From assembly GCA_009918005.1 (NCBI GenBank), contig RGDC01000003.1, positions 1-41,541 of the forward strand: a DNA stretch of 41,541 bases. The letters run 5' to 3'. This DNA is from Actinomycetota bacterium. GTDB lineage: Bacteria; Actinomycetota; Actinomycetes; S36-B12; UBA5976. Made by a program: the position numbers and the translations under genes. Shown one piece after another: positions 1 through 9,562 of this stretch (positions within the stretch are counted from its first letter, which is position 1; the number at the start of each line of letters is the position of its first letter). The notes beneath the pieces were generated by a model. It did not search any database and was not told where the DNA came from. It was given only the letters and a program-made list of their open reading frames with translations.

Positions 1-822
1 GATCTGGCCGAGATGATGGTTGGAAATGAATTGCCAACCCCAGAAGCTGTGGGTGACACGATTCAAGATGAAGTCGTGCTAAAAGTTGAAAACCTTTCTG
101 TTTTTGCAAAAGGTGGCAAAGCTATTGTTGATGACATCTCATTTCAGATTCATGCTGGAGAGATTGTTGGAATTGCAGGCGTGGAAGGAAATGGTCAGGC
201 TGAAATTCTTGACGCCCTGATGGGAATCGAAGCAGCAACCGGACGAGTGCAGTTCAAAACCGAGGACATCACAAACAAATCCACTCGTCATCGTCGAGAA
301 CTTGGAATTGGATTCATCCCCGAAGACCGCCATCGCCAGGCCTTGATGTTGGAAGCTCCCCTTTGGGAGAACCGAATGCTAGGGCATCAAACCAGATCTC
401 CGAATGCCAATGGCATTTGGCTGACTCCACGAAGTGCCAAGGCAGATACTAAGCGAATTGTTGAAGAGTATGACGTGCGCACACCAAGCATTGATGTACT
501 GGCAAGTGCGCTTTCTGGAGGAAATCAACAGAAACTTATCGTTGGTCGAGAAATGTCTGGTGAGCCTAAGTTACTTATTGCTGCTCATCCAACTCGCGGT
601 GTTGACGTTGGCGCGCAAGCGGCAATTTGGGATCACATTCGTAATGCTCGCCAGGCCGGGTTAGCAGTTTTATTGGTATCAGCGGATCTTGATGAATTAA
701 TCGGATTGAGTGACAGCATTAAGGTTTTGCTCCGAGGCAAGTTCGTCGCTGATGCGGATCCAGCCACAGTTACACCACAAGAGCTAGGTACCGCGATGAC
801 CGGTGCTGGAGAGGCTGCCTAA
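1..822 (+). CDS. Nucleoside/sugar (CUT2-type) ABC transporter ATP-binding protein, C-terminal half; 5' part lies outside the window
   Basis: Frame open from base 1 (DLAEMMVG). Second degenerate ABC domain GIAGVEGNGQ, IPEDRH, LSGGNQQK signature, PTRGVDVGA, SADLDEL. Followed by two permeases and nucleoside catabolic genes. Confidence 0.93.
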   Translation, partial: DLAEMMVGNELPTPEAVGDTIQDEVVLKVENLSVFAKGGKAIVDDISFQIHAGEIVGIAGVEGNGQAEILDALMGIEAATGRVQFKTEDITNKSTRHRRELGIGFIPEDRHRQALMLEAPLWENRMLGHQTRSPNANGIWLTPRSAKADTKRIVEEYDVRTPSIDVLASALSGGNQQKLIVGREMSGEPKLLIAAHPTRGVDVGAQAAIWDHIRNARQAGLAVLLVSADLDELIGLSDSIKVLLRGKFVADADPATVTPQELGTAMTGAGEAA

Positions 823-1854
823 TGAATCTTCGACGAATCGGAACCAGCCTGATTGCTCCTGCGATTGGACTATTTATCTCGCTGGCAGTTACTGCCGTCA
901 TCCTGGTAGCAATTGGTGCCAGTGTCACAACCGTTTTCGCTTCCATGTGGAATTACGGAACTTCACCAAGAGCAATGTCTTTGATGTTGAACTTAGCAAC
1001 TATCTATTTCTTAAGTGCGTTGGCAGTTTCAATCGGGTTCAAGATGAACCTATTCAACATTGGCGTAAACGGTCAATACGTACTTGGCGCTCTCGCAGTC
1101 AATTCTTGCTGCAATGATTGTCGGTGCACTCTGGGCAGGAATTTCTGCTTGGTTGAAAGTTGCCCGTGGCGTGAGCGAAGTCATTTCTACAATCATGTTG
1201 AATTTCATTGCAATTGGAATTATCAGTTACATAATTGTTCGCACTAGCATCGGCACGGAAACGAGTTTGAATGTCCGCGGTACCAAGCCAATTCCAGAGT
1301 CTGGAATGTTGCGAGGAATTGCATTCCTTGATCCTGGTACTCCGATTTATGGCTTTTTCTTCATTTCAATAATTATTGGAATTGGATACTGGTTCCTGCT
1401 AAATCGAACTCGCTTTGGGTTTGACTTGCGCGCAACGGGTAAGTCAGCTTCAGCAGCGCGCACAAGCGGCGTGCAATCTAATCGCATGATTTATGTAACG
1501 ATGTTGCTGTCTGGAGCGGTTGCTGGGCTGGTTGGACTGCCTTATCTATTGGGAGATACGGGCACATACTCATTGCAGTTCCCCACTGACTGGGGATTCA
1601 CTGGAATTGCAATTGCCCTACTTGGTAGAAATAACCCGATTGGCATTGCGTTAGGTGCAATTCTTTGGGCTTTCTTAGACATCTCGAGTGGCCAATTAAT
1701 TCTGGAGGGCGTACCGCGAGAAATCTCCACAATCATGCAGGGATTGATTGTGATCGTAGTTGTGATCTCGTATGAAGTAGTACGGAGATACCAAGTCAAG
1801 AGTGAGCAGACAAATGTTGCTAAGGCATTGGCAAAGCAGGAGGCATCAGTATGA
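822..1854 (+). pseudogene. Nucleoside ABC transporter permease 1, broken by a frameshift and apparent deletion at ~1095-1099 (real pseudogene or assembly error)
   Basis: Frame from 822 gives ...LFNIGVNGQYVLGALA. The conserved continuation SILAAMIVGALWAG...RGVSEVISTIMLN...ALLGRNNP is in another frame (ORF 1084..1854). Roughly 17-18 residues expected between GQY and AM are absent. Confidence 0.85.
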
Positions 1855-3065
1855 CGTACCTAAAATCTCGCAGATTTATTGGTGCTGCTTTCACGGCAAT
1901 CACCATGCTTTCAATTACTCGAACTATTACCGGAAATGGGGATCTCACTAGCACGGTCACAATTGCCCAGGCTTTGGTGTTTGCATCGCCAATTGCATTA
2001 GCTGGTCTCGCTGGAATTTGGGCGGAGCGTGCTGGCGTTATCAACATCGGCCTTGAAGGCATGATGATCCTGGGAACTTTTGGCGCAGGTTGGGCTGGCT
2101 GGCAATGGGGTGTTTGGGCTGGCGTAGTAGCTGGTGTGATCTTTGGTGCTATCGGTGGTCTGTTACTTGCAGTTGCTGCAGTTACTTTTGGTGTCGATCA
2201 AATCATTGCTGGAACAGCTATCAATTTGTTGGCGCTTGGGCTAACTAAGTTCCTGGCTATCGTGTTGTTCACCAATGCTCCCGGTGGTGGTCAAGCACAG
2301 TCTCCACCTATCAAGGGTGAGATTCCAACTTTCACTTTTGAATCAATTGTTGAACCACTAACCTCACTTCATGAAAAAGGAATCTTCTTCATCAGTGATC
2401 TCGCCGGAGTTTTTGCTGGGTTGTTTTATCACTTGTCACTTCTCACCATCATCACATTTTTGCTATTTGCAATGACAAGCTACCTACTGTGGAAAACTGC
2501 ATTCGGTCTACGTCTTCGCAGCGCTGGTGAAAATCCTTGGGCAGCTGATTCACTCGGCGTGAAAGTTGTGCAGTTCAAGTACGCAGCTGTTGTGTTCTCG
2601 GGCATGCTTGCCGGACTTGGCGGTGCCTATCTTTCGATTGCCTCGACTATCTATCGAAATGGAAATACCGCAGGTCGAGGATTCATTGGCTTAGCAACCA
2701 TGATCTTTGGTGACTGGCGACCGGGTGGAACTGCCGCAGGTGCATTGATGTTCGGCTATATCGACACTTTGCGATTAATTGACACTGGGAACCAAAACGT
2801 TAAAGGTTTAATTTTGCTCGGCGCGATTATTCTTTTCGCAATCGGTGGCATCATGCTCCGACGGGCACGTCGCAATTCTGCGATTGGTTTCTTGCTTTTG
2901 GGATCGGTAATGACTGGTGCTTACTTCTCGGCATCCTCATTTCCACCCGAAGTGGCTCAAGTTGCGCCCTACATAACAACGCTCTTGGTGCTTGCAACTG
3001 CCTCACAAAATTTGCGTCCGCCAGCTGCTGATGGCGTCCCCTACCGAAAGGGTGATCATCACTAA
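1851..3065 (+). CDS. Nucleoside ABC transporter permease 2
   Basis: AERAGVINIGLEG, LRLRSAGENP, GRGFIGLA motifs; hydrophobic; ATGA overlap with the previous gene. Confidence 0.92.
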   Translation: MTYLKSRRFIGAAFTAITMLSITRTITGNGDLTSTVTIAQALVFASPIALAGLAGIWAERAGVINIGLEGMMILGTFGAGWAGWQWGVWAGVVAGVIFGAIGGLLLAVAAVTFGVDQIIAGTAINLLALGLTKFLAIVLFTNAPGGGQAQSPPIKGEIPTFTFESIVEPLTSLHEKGIFFISDLAGVFAGLFYHLSLLTIITFLLFAMTSYLLWKTAFGLRLRSAGENPWAADSLGVKVVQFKYAAVVFSGMLAGLGGAYLSIASTIYRNGNTAGRGFIGLATMIFGDWRPGGTAAGALMFGYIDTLRLIDTGNQNVKGLILLGAIILFAIGGIMLRRARRNSAIGFLLLGSVMTGAYFSASSFPPEVAQVAPYITTLLVLATASQNLRPPAADGVPYRKGDHH

Positions 3066-3460
3066 TGGAAATCAATTGGGATGAATTGCGTGCTGCTGCT
3101 AGCAACGCAATGTCCAAGGCTTACGCCCCATATTCAAATTTTCCAGTTGGTGTTGCTGGCTTAGTTGATGACGGACGTATTGTTACGGGATGCAATGTTG
3201 AAAATGCCGCTTACGGTGTTGCTTTATGTGCGGAATGTGGCTTGATCTCAAGTTTGATCAGCACTGGTGGTGGGAAGTTGGTCGCAGTTGCCTGTGTGGA
3301 TCGACATGGAAATGCCTTAATGCCATGCGGTCGCTGTCGTCAACTGCTCTGGGAACATGGTGGTCCGAATTGTCTACTTGATTCAGTTTCAGGAATTAAG
3401 TCAATGACAGAGATACTTCCTGATGCTTTTGGTGCTCATGATTTAACGGATCGACTTTAG
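3065..3460 (+). CDS. cdd: Cytidine deaminase (homotetrameric type)
   Basis: AYAPYSNFPVG, GCNVENA, CAE and PCGRCRQ zinc motifs; 131 aa. Confidence 0.96.
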   Translation: MEINWDELRAAASNAMSKAYAPYSNFPVGVAGLVDDGRIVTGCNVENAAYGVALCAECGLISSLISTGGGKLVAVACVDRHGNALMPCGRCRQLLWEHGGPNCLLDSVSGIKSMTEILPDAFGAHDLTDRL

Positions 3461-3479
3461 ACGCATTAGCCTTACAGGT

Positions 3480-3515
3480 ATGACGCTTCCCCGAGTGAAA
3501 TTCAAAATAACATGA
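3480..3515 (+). CDS. Putative leaderless 11-aa upstream ORF (MTLPRVKFKIT) coupled to deoA
   Basis: TAGCCT -10-like hexamer (3467-3472), 7 nt, then ATG at 3480. Stop TGA (3513-3515) overlaps the deoA ATG (3512-3514). No SD in front of deoA. Confidence 0.4.
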   Translation: MTLPRVKFKIT

Positions 3516-4807
3516 GCACCGAACCATTTGCCGCAGTCGATCTCATTGCCGCTAAGCGAGATAAACGCGAGTTATCAGATGCCCAGATCGATTGGTTTGT
3601 CGATGCGTACGTTCGTAATGTAATTGCCGAAGAACAAATGTCTGCCATGGCAATGGCGATTTTGCTAAATGGCATGAACCGTCAAGAAATCGTGCGCTGG
3701 ACCAAGGCCTACATTGACTCTGGTGAAACCATGGATTGGTCAACTCTTGGAAGACCAACTGCAGATAAACATTCAACTGGTGGTGTCGGTGACAAAATTA
3801 CGTTGCCACTTGCACCGCTAGTTGCAGCGTGTGGCGTAAGTGTGCCACAACTATCTGGTCGCGGACTTGGTCACACCGGTGGCACATTAGACAAACTTGA
3901 AGCAATTAAAGGTTGGCAAGCCAATTTAACTAACGACGAAATGTTTAAAGTCCTTAACTCAACTGGCGCAGTTATTTGTGCTGCAAGTCAAACTCTGGCT
4001 CCAGCTGATCGCAGAATCTACGCGCTTCGAGATGTTACTGGCACGGTCGAATCTATTCCACTTATCTCAGCATCCATCATGAGTAAAAAGATTGCTGAAG
4101 GAACCGGCGCGTTAGTTCTAGATGTAAAAGTTGGCTCTGGTGCATTTATGAAAACTGTCGAACAGGCTCGCGAACTTGCAACAACCATGGTTGGGATTGG
4201 AAATGACGCTGGAGTAACTACGCGCGCATTGTTAACCGCAATGGATGTGCCACTTGGTCGAACTGCTGGTAACGCGCTCGAAGTTCAAGAGTCAATTGAT
4301 GTGCTCGCTGGTGGTGGGCCTGCAGATGTCATTGAACTCACAGTGACTTTGGCTCGGGAAATGTTGGAAGCGAGCGGAGCTAGTGGATTGAAAGATCCAG
4401 CTACTGCCCTATTAGATGGCTCAGCCATGGATGTCTGGCGTGCCATGATTTCAGCACAAGGTGGTGACCTATCTGTCCCACTTCCGGTTGCTCGAGAAAC
4501 TCAAGAAGTTGTTGCAACGACCTCTGGTCACTTGACCAAACTTGATGCACTTGCCGTTGGTATGGCGAGTTGGAGGCTGGGAGCTGGTCGAGCCAGAAAA
4601 GAAGATTCCGTCCAGTTTGGCGCCGGTATTGAGTGGCATGTTGGTCATGGTGAGAAGGTTGAAAAGGGGCAAAAGATCTTCACTTTGCATACCGACGAGC
4701 CTGCCCGATTTGAATCAGCCTTAGAAGTCTTAACGCAAGGTTACGAAATTGGTGCGGATTCAGAAATTTCGCAGCGTCTTCCATTAATCATTGATCGTGT
4801 TGTCTGA
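3512..4807 (+). CDS. deoA: Thymidine/pyrimidine-nucleoside phosphorylase
   Basis: DKHSTGGVGDK, SGRGLGHTGGTLDKLE, YALRDVTGTV, ASIMSKK, DVKVGSGAFMK motifs. Confidence 0.96.
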   Translation: MSTEPFAAVDLIAAKRDKRELSDAQIDWFVDAYVRNVIAEEQMSAMAMAILLNGMNRQEIVRWTKAYIDSGETMDWSTLGRPTADKHSTGGVGDKITLPLAPLVAACGVSVPQLSGRGLGHTGGTLDKLEAIKGWQANLTNDEMFKVLNSTGAVICAASQTLAPADRRIYALRDVTGTVESIPLISASIMSKKIAEGTGALVLDVKVGSGAFMKTVEQARELATTMVGIGNDAGVTTRALLTAMDVPLGRTAGNALEVQESIDVLAGGGPADVIELTVTLAREMLEASGASGLKDPATALLDGSAMDVWRAMISAQGGDLSVPLPVARETQEVVATTSGHLTKLDALAVGMASWRLGAGRARKEDSVQFGAGIEWHVGHGEKVEKGQKIFTLHTDEPARFESALEVLTQGYEIGADSEISQRLPLIIDRVV

Positions 4808-4844
4808 AACTTGTTTGTGAAACTTTCCGAAGTATTCTGATTAC

Positions 4845-5201
4845 ATGCCTGAATTAATTAGCGAACCGACCATGATTCCAGTTCCTGGTGGAAAATCGAT
4901 TGCAGAATATATCGGTCGAGTTAAGACTGGAGATAGTGAAGTTTCTGTTGCGGTCATGCATGCTCCAGCTGGCTGGTCAGAACCTGCCCAAGCGCCAGCT
5001 TTTGACGAGTTCACAATCGTAATTACAGGTTCTATAGATGTTGAATGTGAAGGCAAGACAACAACAGTGGGTGCCGGTCAAGCACTTATAACTCGCGCTG
5101 GTGAAAAGGTTCGTTACCTTACTCGCGAAGATGCACATTATGTCGCAATTTGCGTGCCCGCCTTCGCACCTGAACTTGCAAATCGAGATGACGAAGCATG
5201 A
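4845..5201 (+). CDS. Cupin-domain protein (EutQ-like), function unknown
   Basis: 118 aa with [14 protein letters not shown] and GQA...AGEKVRY cupin-type motifs. Leaderless start: TATTCT, 6 nt, ATG. Confidence 0.8.
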   Translation: MPELISEPTMIPVPGGKSIAEYIGRVKTGDSEVSVAVMHAPAGWSEPAQAPAFDEFTIVITGSIDVECEGKTTTVGAGQALITRAGEKVRYLTREDAHYVAICVPAFAPELANRDDEA

Positions 5202-6286
5202 TTTCATCCGCAGTAATTAAGGCTGTTCCAAAAGTTGTTTTACACGATCACTTAGATGGTGGCTTACGAGTTAAAACAATTCTGGAACTTGCGCAGAAGC
5301 ACAACTACACCGTGCTGCCATATGACAATGAAGATCAATTAAGTAATTGGTTCCACACTGCAGTTCAAGGATCCCTTGAAATTTACTTAGAGACATTTGC
5401 TCACACTGTAGGTGTAATGCAGACTCCTGATGCACTACAACGTGTGGCAAGTGAATGCGCGCAAGATCTAGCCGAAGATGGTGTGGTTTATGCCGAAATT
5501 AGGTTTGCCCCAGAGCTACACACTGCAAAAGGCTTGACCTACCGCGAAGTTATTGACAATGTCTTGATCGGTTTTGCCCATGGCGAAGCTGCTGCAAAAG
5601 CTGCTGGGAAAACAATTCGTGTTGTTGCCTTGCTAACTGCAATGCGGATGGCTGACGTTTCACTTGAAATTGCAAAGCTAGTGGTTGAGTATCGCGACCG
5701 TGGTGTTGTTGGTTTCGACATTGCAGGTAAGGAAGCGGGATATCCTCCTACGGAACACATCGAAGCGTTTCAGTACTTACAGCGCAACAATGCACATTTC
5801 ACAATTCATGCCGGAGAAGCGTTTGGCTTGAAGAGTATTTGGGAAGCAATTCAATTTTGTGGCACTGAACGCTTAGGGCACGGAGTTCGAATCATCGACG
5901 ATGTAACAACAAATTCAGACGGCACAGTCACACTAGGCGATTTAGCCGCATATGTTCGTGACCGTCGGATCCCACTTGAACTTTGTCCCAAATCCAATGT
6001 TGATACTGGTGCTGCTGCAAGTATTGCCGAGCATCCAATCGGATTGCTTCGCAAATTAAATTTCCGCGTTACTTTAAATACTGATAACCGTTTAATGTCA
6101 GATACTTCTATGTCAGCTGAAATGACATCCTTAGTTGAAGCGTTTGATTATTCATTGCGCGATCTCGAATGGCTAACTGTCAACGGAATGAAGAGTTCAT
6201 TCCTACCATTTGATCAGCGCTTGGACATCATCAACCACATCATTAAGCCTGGATATGCCAGACTTCGCGAACAAGTTGGCTCTTAG
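5198..6286 (+). CDS. add: Adenosine deaminase
   Basis: [35 protein letters not shown] motifs of the actinobacterial Add family. Confidence 0.95.
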   Translation: MISSAVIKAVPKVVLHDHLDGGLRVKTILELAQKHNYTVLPYDNEDQLSNWFHTAVQGSLEIYLETFAHTVGVMQTPDALQRVASECAQDLAEDGVVYAEIRFAPELHTAKGLTYREVIDNVLIGFAHGEAAAKAAGKTIRVVALLTAMRMADVSLEIAKLVVEYRDRGVVGFDIAGKEAGYPPTEHIEAFQYLQRNNAHFTIHAGEAFGLKSIWEAIQFCGTERLGHGVRIIDDVTTNSDGTVTLGDLAAYVRDRRIPLELCPKSNVDTGAAASIAEHPIGLLRKLNFRVTLNTDNRLMSDTSMSAEMTSLVEAFDYSLRDLEWLTVNGMKSSFLPFDQRLDIINHIIKPGYARLREQVGS

Positions 6287-6954
6287 TAACTTCCAGTTGC
6301 AGTAACGCCATCGAGGATTGCGCGCGAACTGGAAAGTCCAAGACGAGTAGCGCCAGCATTAATTAGTTCGGTCGCAAACTCAATGTTTCGAATTCCCCCG
6401 GAAGCCTTAATACCCAATCGACCACCGACGCTTTCTTGCATGATCTTGATGGCTCGAACATCGGCGCCACCAGCTGGATGAAAACCGGTAGAAGTCTTAA
6501 CAAAATCAGCGCCAGAGCTTTCGCAACGCTGGCAGGCCTTAGCGATCTGCTCATCGGTGAGCGCTGCAGTCTCCAAAATCACTTTTAATAATGTGCCAGA
6601 TGTGGCATTGCGAACTGCTGAAACTTCAGCCTCTAAATAATCCCAATCCCCCATGATTGCCCGACCGACGTCGATCACCATGTCGATTTCATGCGCACCT
6701 TGAGAAACTGAAAGTTTAGCTTCGGCCGCCTTTATCTCGGCTTCATGTTTCCCACTTGGAAAACCGCAAACTGTAGCGACCTTAACTCCATTGGAAACAT
6801 TCGCTGCGGCCAGCGAAACAAAGGTTGGCGATACACAAACTGAAAAGGTTCCAAGTTCAGCGGCTTCAGCACACAGCGCAATAACGTCTGCGTTAGTGGC
6901 CTCTGGCTTTAGCAAAGTGTGGTCGATCATCCGCGCTAATTCATGTCGATCCAT
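6283..6954 (-). CDS. deoC: Deoxyribose-phosphate aldolase
   Basis: [29 protein letters not shown] motifs. ATG at 6954 overlaps the mutase stop (TGATG) with GGAGG upstream. 3' end overlaps the add stop by 4 nt. Confidence 0.96.
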   Translation of the reverse strand: MDRHELARMIDHTLLKPEATNADVIALCAEAAELGTFSVCVSPTFVSLAAANVSNGVKVATVCGFPSGKHEAEIKAAEAKLSVSQGAHEIDMVIDVGRAIMGDWDYLEAEVSAVRNATSGTLLKVILETAALTDEQIAKACQRCESSGADFVKTSTGFHPAGGADVRAIKIMQESVGGRLGIKASGGIRNIEFATELINAGATRLGLSSSRAILDGVTATGSY

Positions 6955-8654
6955 CAATTGCCTCCACTTAGTAAGGGTCCGGCATCATTAGCCAGCCGCT
7001 TCAATTCATTATCGGCGGTTTGTTTTGCAATTCCTAGGTCTTCGCTACGAACTACGACTTCTAAATAACATTTTATTTTTGGTTCCGTACCACTTGGGCG
7101 GATGATTACCCTGGCTTTTTCAATCTCGCCTTGGCCCGCCAGATGAATGATTACTGCATCCGTAATTGGCAAACCATCAAGTCCAGCTGCTAGATCTTCA
7201 ACATTGCTAACTTGCAGCCCACCTAATTCCGTTGGTGGATTGTTTCGAATTCCAGCCATAGTTATTGAGACCTGCTCACTACTAGTGACCCGAACTGAGA
7301 TTTGGTCCGTGGCGTGCAGACCGTGTTCAAGTGACAACTCGTCGAGAACTTGCCAGATTGAGATATTTTGAGTCTTAAGATGAGCGATCATTTCCATAAA
7401 TACTGCGGCGGCGGATATTCCATCCTTGTCGCTTACATTATGAGGATCAATGCAATAACCCAATGCTTCCTCGTAGCCAAAAGTTAAGTTATGAACTCTT
7501 GAAACCCACTTGAATCCTGTCAATGTGGATTCATATTTGAGTCCTGCTGCTTTTGCAATTGACTCCAGCATCATTGAAGAAACAATGGAGTTTGCAAAGG
7601 TACCGGTTAAATTTCTCCCGTTTAGTTTTGCTCGCTCGATCATCCACCAGCCAATCAGACTTCCAATTTGATCGCCACGAAGAATTATCCAGGTGCCATC
7701 GGCATTAGGAGCTGCTGCCGCGAAACGGTCGGCATCAGGATCATTTGCTAATAGGACATCCACGGAATGTGCCTTTGCCAATGCAATTGCAATATCAAGT
7801 GCGCCCTTTTCCTCCGGATTCGGAAACGCCACAGTAGGGAATGCTGGGTCAGGATCTCGTTGTTCTAGTGCAGCGATTGGCTCAGTAAATCCCGAGTCAT
7901 TAAATACAGTTTGTAAAGTTCTCCACCCAACACCATGCATCGCGGTATAAACCGAAGTTACAGATTTGCGTTGTGACTCTGAAGTTGGACCAGAAGTAAT
8001 GAGTTGTGATGTTAGTGATACGTATGAATTCACTACCCCTTCACTAACGTTGCTCCCGTTAACTCCTTGGCTAATTTCTCTAACGTCAGATACGGATTTG
8101 ATTAAAGTTGAAATCTGCTCATCGACCGGAGAAACTATCTGTCGACCATCACTTAAATAAACCTTGTAACCGTTGTCCTGAGGTGGGTTGTGACTGGCAG
8201 TAACCATAACTCCAGCGCACGCGTTTTGATTTCGAATTGCAAAAGCTAGTACCGGAGTTGGAACTACGTGCGGAAAAATAATTGGCTCAAGGCCAGCGCC
8301 TGACATTACAAGCGCGGTGTCCTTTGCAAACACGTCGCTGTTGTAGCGAGCATCGAATCCAATAACAACTTTTTGTCCAATAAATCCTTGCTGAATCAAA
8401 TACTGTGCAAGACCCGATGCCGCCTGCAAAACCGTTACCCGATTCATTCGATTCGGTCCCGCACCCAATGCACCACGTAAACCTGCTGTCCCAAATTCAA
8501 GCGGAGCTGAAAATGCATCCTGTAATTCAGAAAGTGCTGACTGGTCAGTTTGGGCCAAATTCAAAAGATCCGAAAGTTGGGCTTTAGTTACCGGATCTGG
8601 GTCTTGTTCAATCCACGATTGAACGCGCGCAACTAGGTTGCTCTCGATGCTCAC
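6954..8654 (-). CDS. Alpha-D-phosphohexomutase family protein (PmmB/Pgm-like; probable phosphopentomutase role)
   Basis: FGTAGLRG, TASHNP phosphoserine loop, DPDADR metal loop, GYEEALG, RPSGTEPKIK. Leaderless start: TAGGGT, 6 nt, GTG. Confidence 0.92.
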   Translation of the reverse strand: MSIESNLVARVQSWIEQDPDPVTKAQLSDLLNLAQTDQSALSELQDAFSAPLEFGTAGLRGALGAGPNRMNRVTVLQAASGLAQYLIQQGFIGQKVVIGFDARYNSDVFAKDTALVMSGAGLEPIIFPHVVPTPVLAFAIRNQNACAGVMVTASHNPPQDNGYKVYLSDGRQIVSPVDEQISTLIKSVSDVREISQGVNGSNVSEGVVNSYVSLTSQLITSGPTSESQRKSVTSVYTAMHGVGWRTLQTVFNDSGFTEPIAALEQRDPDPAFPTVAFPNPEEKGALDIAIALAKAHSVDVLLANDPDADRFAAAAPNADGTWIILRGDQIGSLIGWWMIERAKLNGRNLTGTFANSIVSSMMLESIAKAAGLKYESTLTGFKWVSRVHNLTFGYEEALGYCIDPHNVSDKDGISAAAVFMEMIAHLKTQNISIWQVLDELSLEHGLHATDQISVRVTSSEQVSITMAGIRNNPPTELGGLQVSNVEDLAAGLDGLPITDAVIIHLAGQGEIEKARVIIRPSGTEPKIKCYLEVVVRSEDLGIAKQTADNELKRLANDAGPLLSGGN

Positions 8655-8674
8655 TGAACTACCCTAAAGCCGAG

Positions 8675-9169
8675 TTACTTGTTTGGTAACAATGCCTCAA
8701 TGTCTGAACGAATGTCTTCAGGCACAGTATTTGGTGCATAGCGCTTGATTGACTCACCGTCAGGTGCAATCAAAAATTTTGTAAAGTTCCATTTAATCGC
8801 TCCACCAAGCAAACCTTTCGACTTACTCTTCAGAAACTGAAAAATTGGATGAGCATCTTTTCCGTTTACATTTACTTTTTGTGAGAGTTGAAAATCTACC
8901 CCATAGTTAACTTTGCAAAATTCATCAATCTGAGCATCATCGCCAGGCTCTTGGTGTGCGAATTGATCGCAAGGAAATCCTAGAACTATAAGTCCCTGTT
9001 CTCTGAAATCTTCTTGAAGTTTCTGCAGGCCTTCATATTGAGGTGTGAAACCGCACTTGCTTGCGGTGTTTACTACCAGGATTGGCTTACCTGAATAGTC
9101 AGAGAGTGAAACGGATTCACCACGGTTATTTATAAAGGACAAGTCATAAAGGTTTGATGTAGTAGCCAT
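8675..9169 (-). CDS. Glutathione peroxidase family (Cys-type, likely thioredoxin-dependent)
   Basis: VNTASKCGFTPQY, LGFPCDQF, resolving-Cys EFC and IKWNFTKFL motifs. Start moved to ATG 9169 (MATTSN) to match family length. Confidence 0.93.
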   Translation of the reverse strand: MATTSNLYDLSFINNRGESVSLSDYSGKPILVVNTASKCGFTPQYEGLQKLQEDFREQGLIVLGFPCDQFAHQEPGDDAQIDEFCKVNYGVDFQLSQKVNVNGKDAHPIFQFLKSKSKGLLGGAIKWNFTKFLIAPDGESIKRYAPNTVPEDIRSDIEALLPNK

Positions 9170-9259
9170 AGCCCAATAATTGCCTGCTTCGGCTGATCTA
9201 GCAACTGTTGTTTGGGTGTTCGAGCAAAAGTGCATACCCTTCGCCGATACGGTTAGTGA

Positions 9260-9496
9260 GTGGAAACAATAATTTTGAATATGCGCTGGGCCGGTTACCT
9301 ACTATTCGCACTTGGCATGATCAATTGGCGATACCAAAACTCATTTATCAAGGGTGCGCCGCTTTGGATGCTTGGCCTTGTCCTGATCATTTCAACTTAC
9401 ATACCAGCAGTATCAAAATTGCTAGTAACAAAAGTTGGAGTAGCGATAACTGCAGTAATCGTAGCTCTGCTTCTCGTATTGGCATTTACTGCTTAA
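9260..9496 (+). CDS. Small hypothetical membrane protein (about 3 hydrophobic segments)
   Basis: 78-aa hydrophobic ORF filling the gap between gpx and fhaA. TACGGT, 6 nt, GTG gives a leaderless start. Confidence 0.7.
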   Translation: METIILNMRWAGYLLFALGMINWRYQNSFIKGAPLWMLGLVLIISTYIPAVSKLLVTKVGVAITAVIVALLLVLAFTA

Positions 9497-9542
9497 AAGT
9501 CGCACTTTTATACGGACTTTCAAGAAAATCACGGAAAACCTC

Positions 9543-9562
9543 GCTTCAAGTAGAATTGAAGC
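9543..9562 (+). promoter_or_regulatory. Putative -10 (TAGAAT, 9551-9556) of the fhaA-pknB operon inside a 7-6-7 palindrome
   Basis: GCTTCAA-gtagaa-TTGAAGC, about 55 nt upstream of the fhaA ATG. Confidence 0.45.

Noticed and set aside
1084-1247. Programmed ribosomal frameshifting joining the permease halves (and likewise parA at ~41218)
   Set aside because: No slippery heptamer at either junction, and conserved residues are physically missing, so frameshifting could not restore the proteins.
5656-5671. parS-like sequence CGTTTCACTTGAAATT inside add
   Set aside because: Four mismatches to TGTTTCACGTGAAACA, including the central CACGTG; probably a coding coincidence.
8675-9235. Selenocysteine glutathione peroxidase, or the longer 186-aa start
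   Set aside because: The peroxidatic residue is a normal Cys codon with no in-frame TGA. The 22-aa extension lies in the divergent promoter region and shows no family motif.
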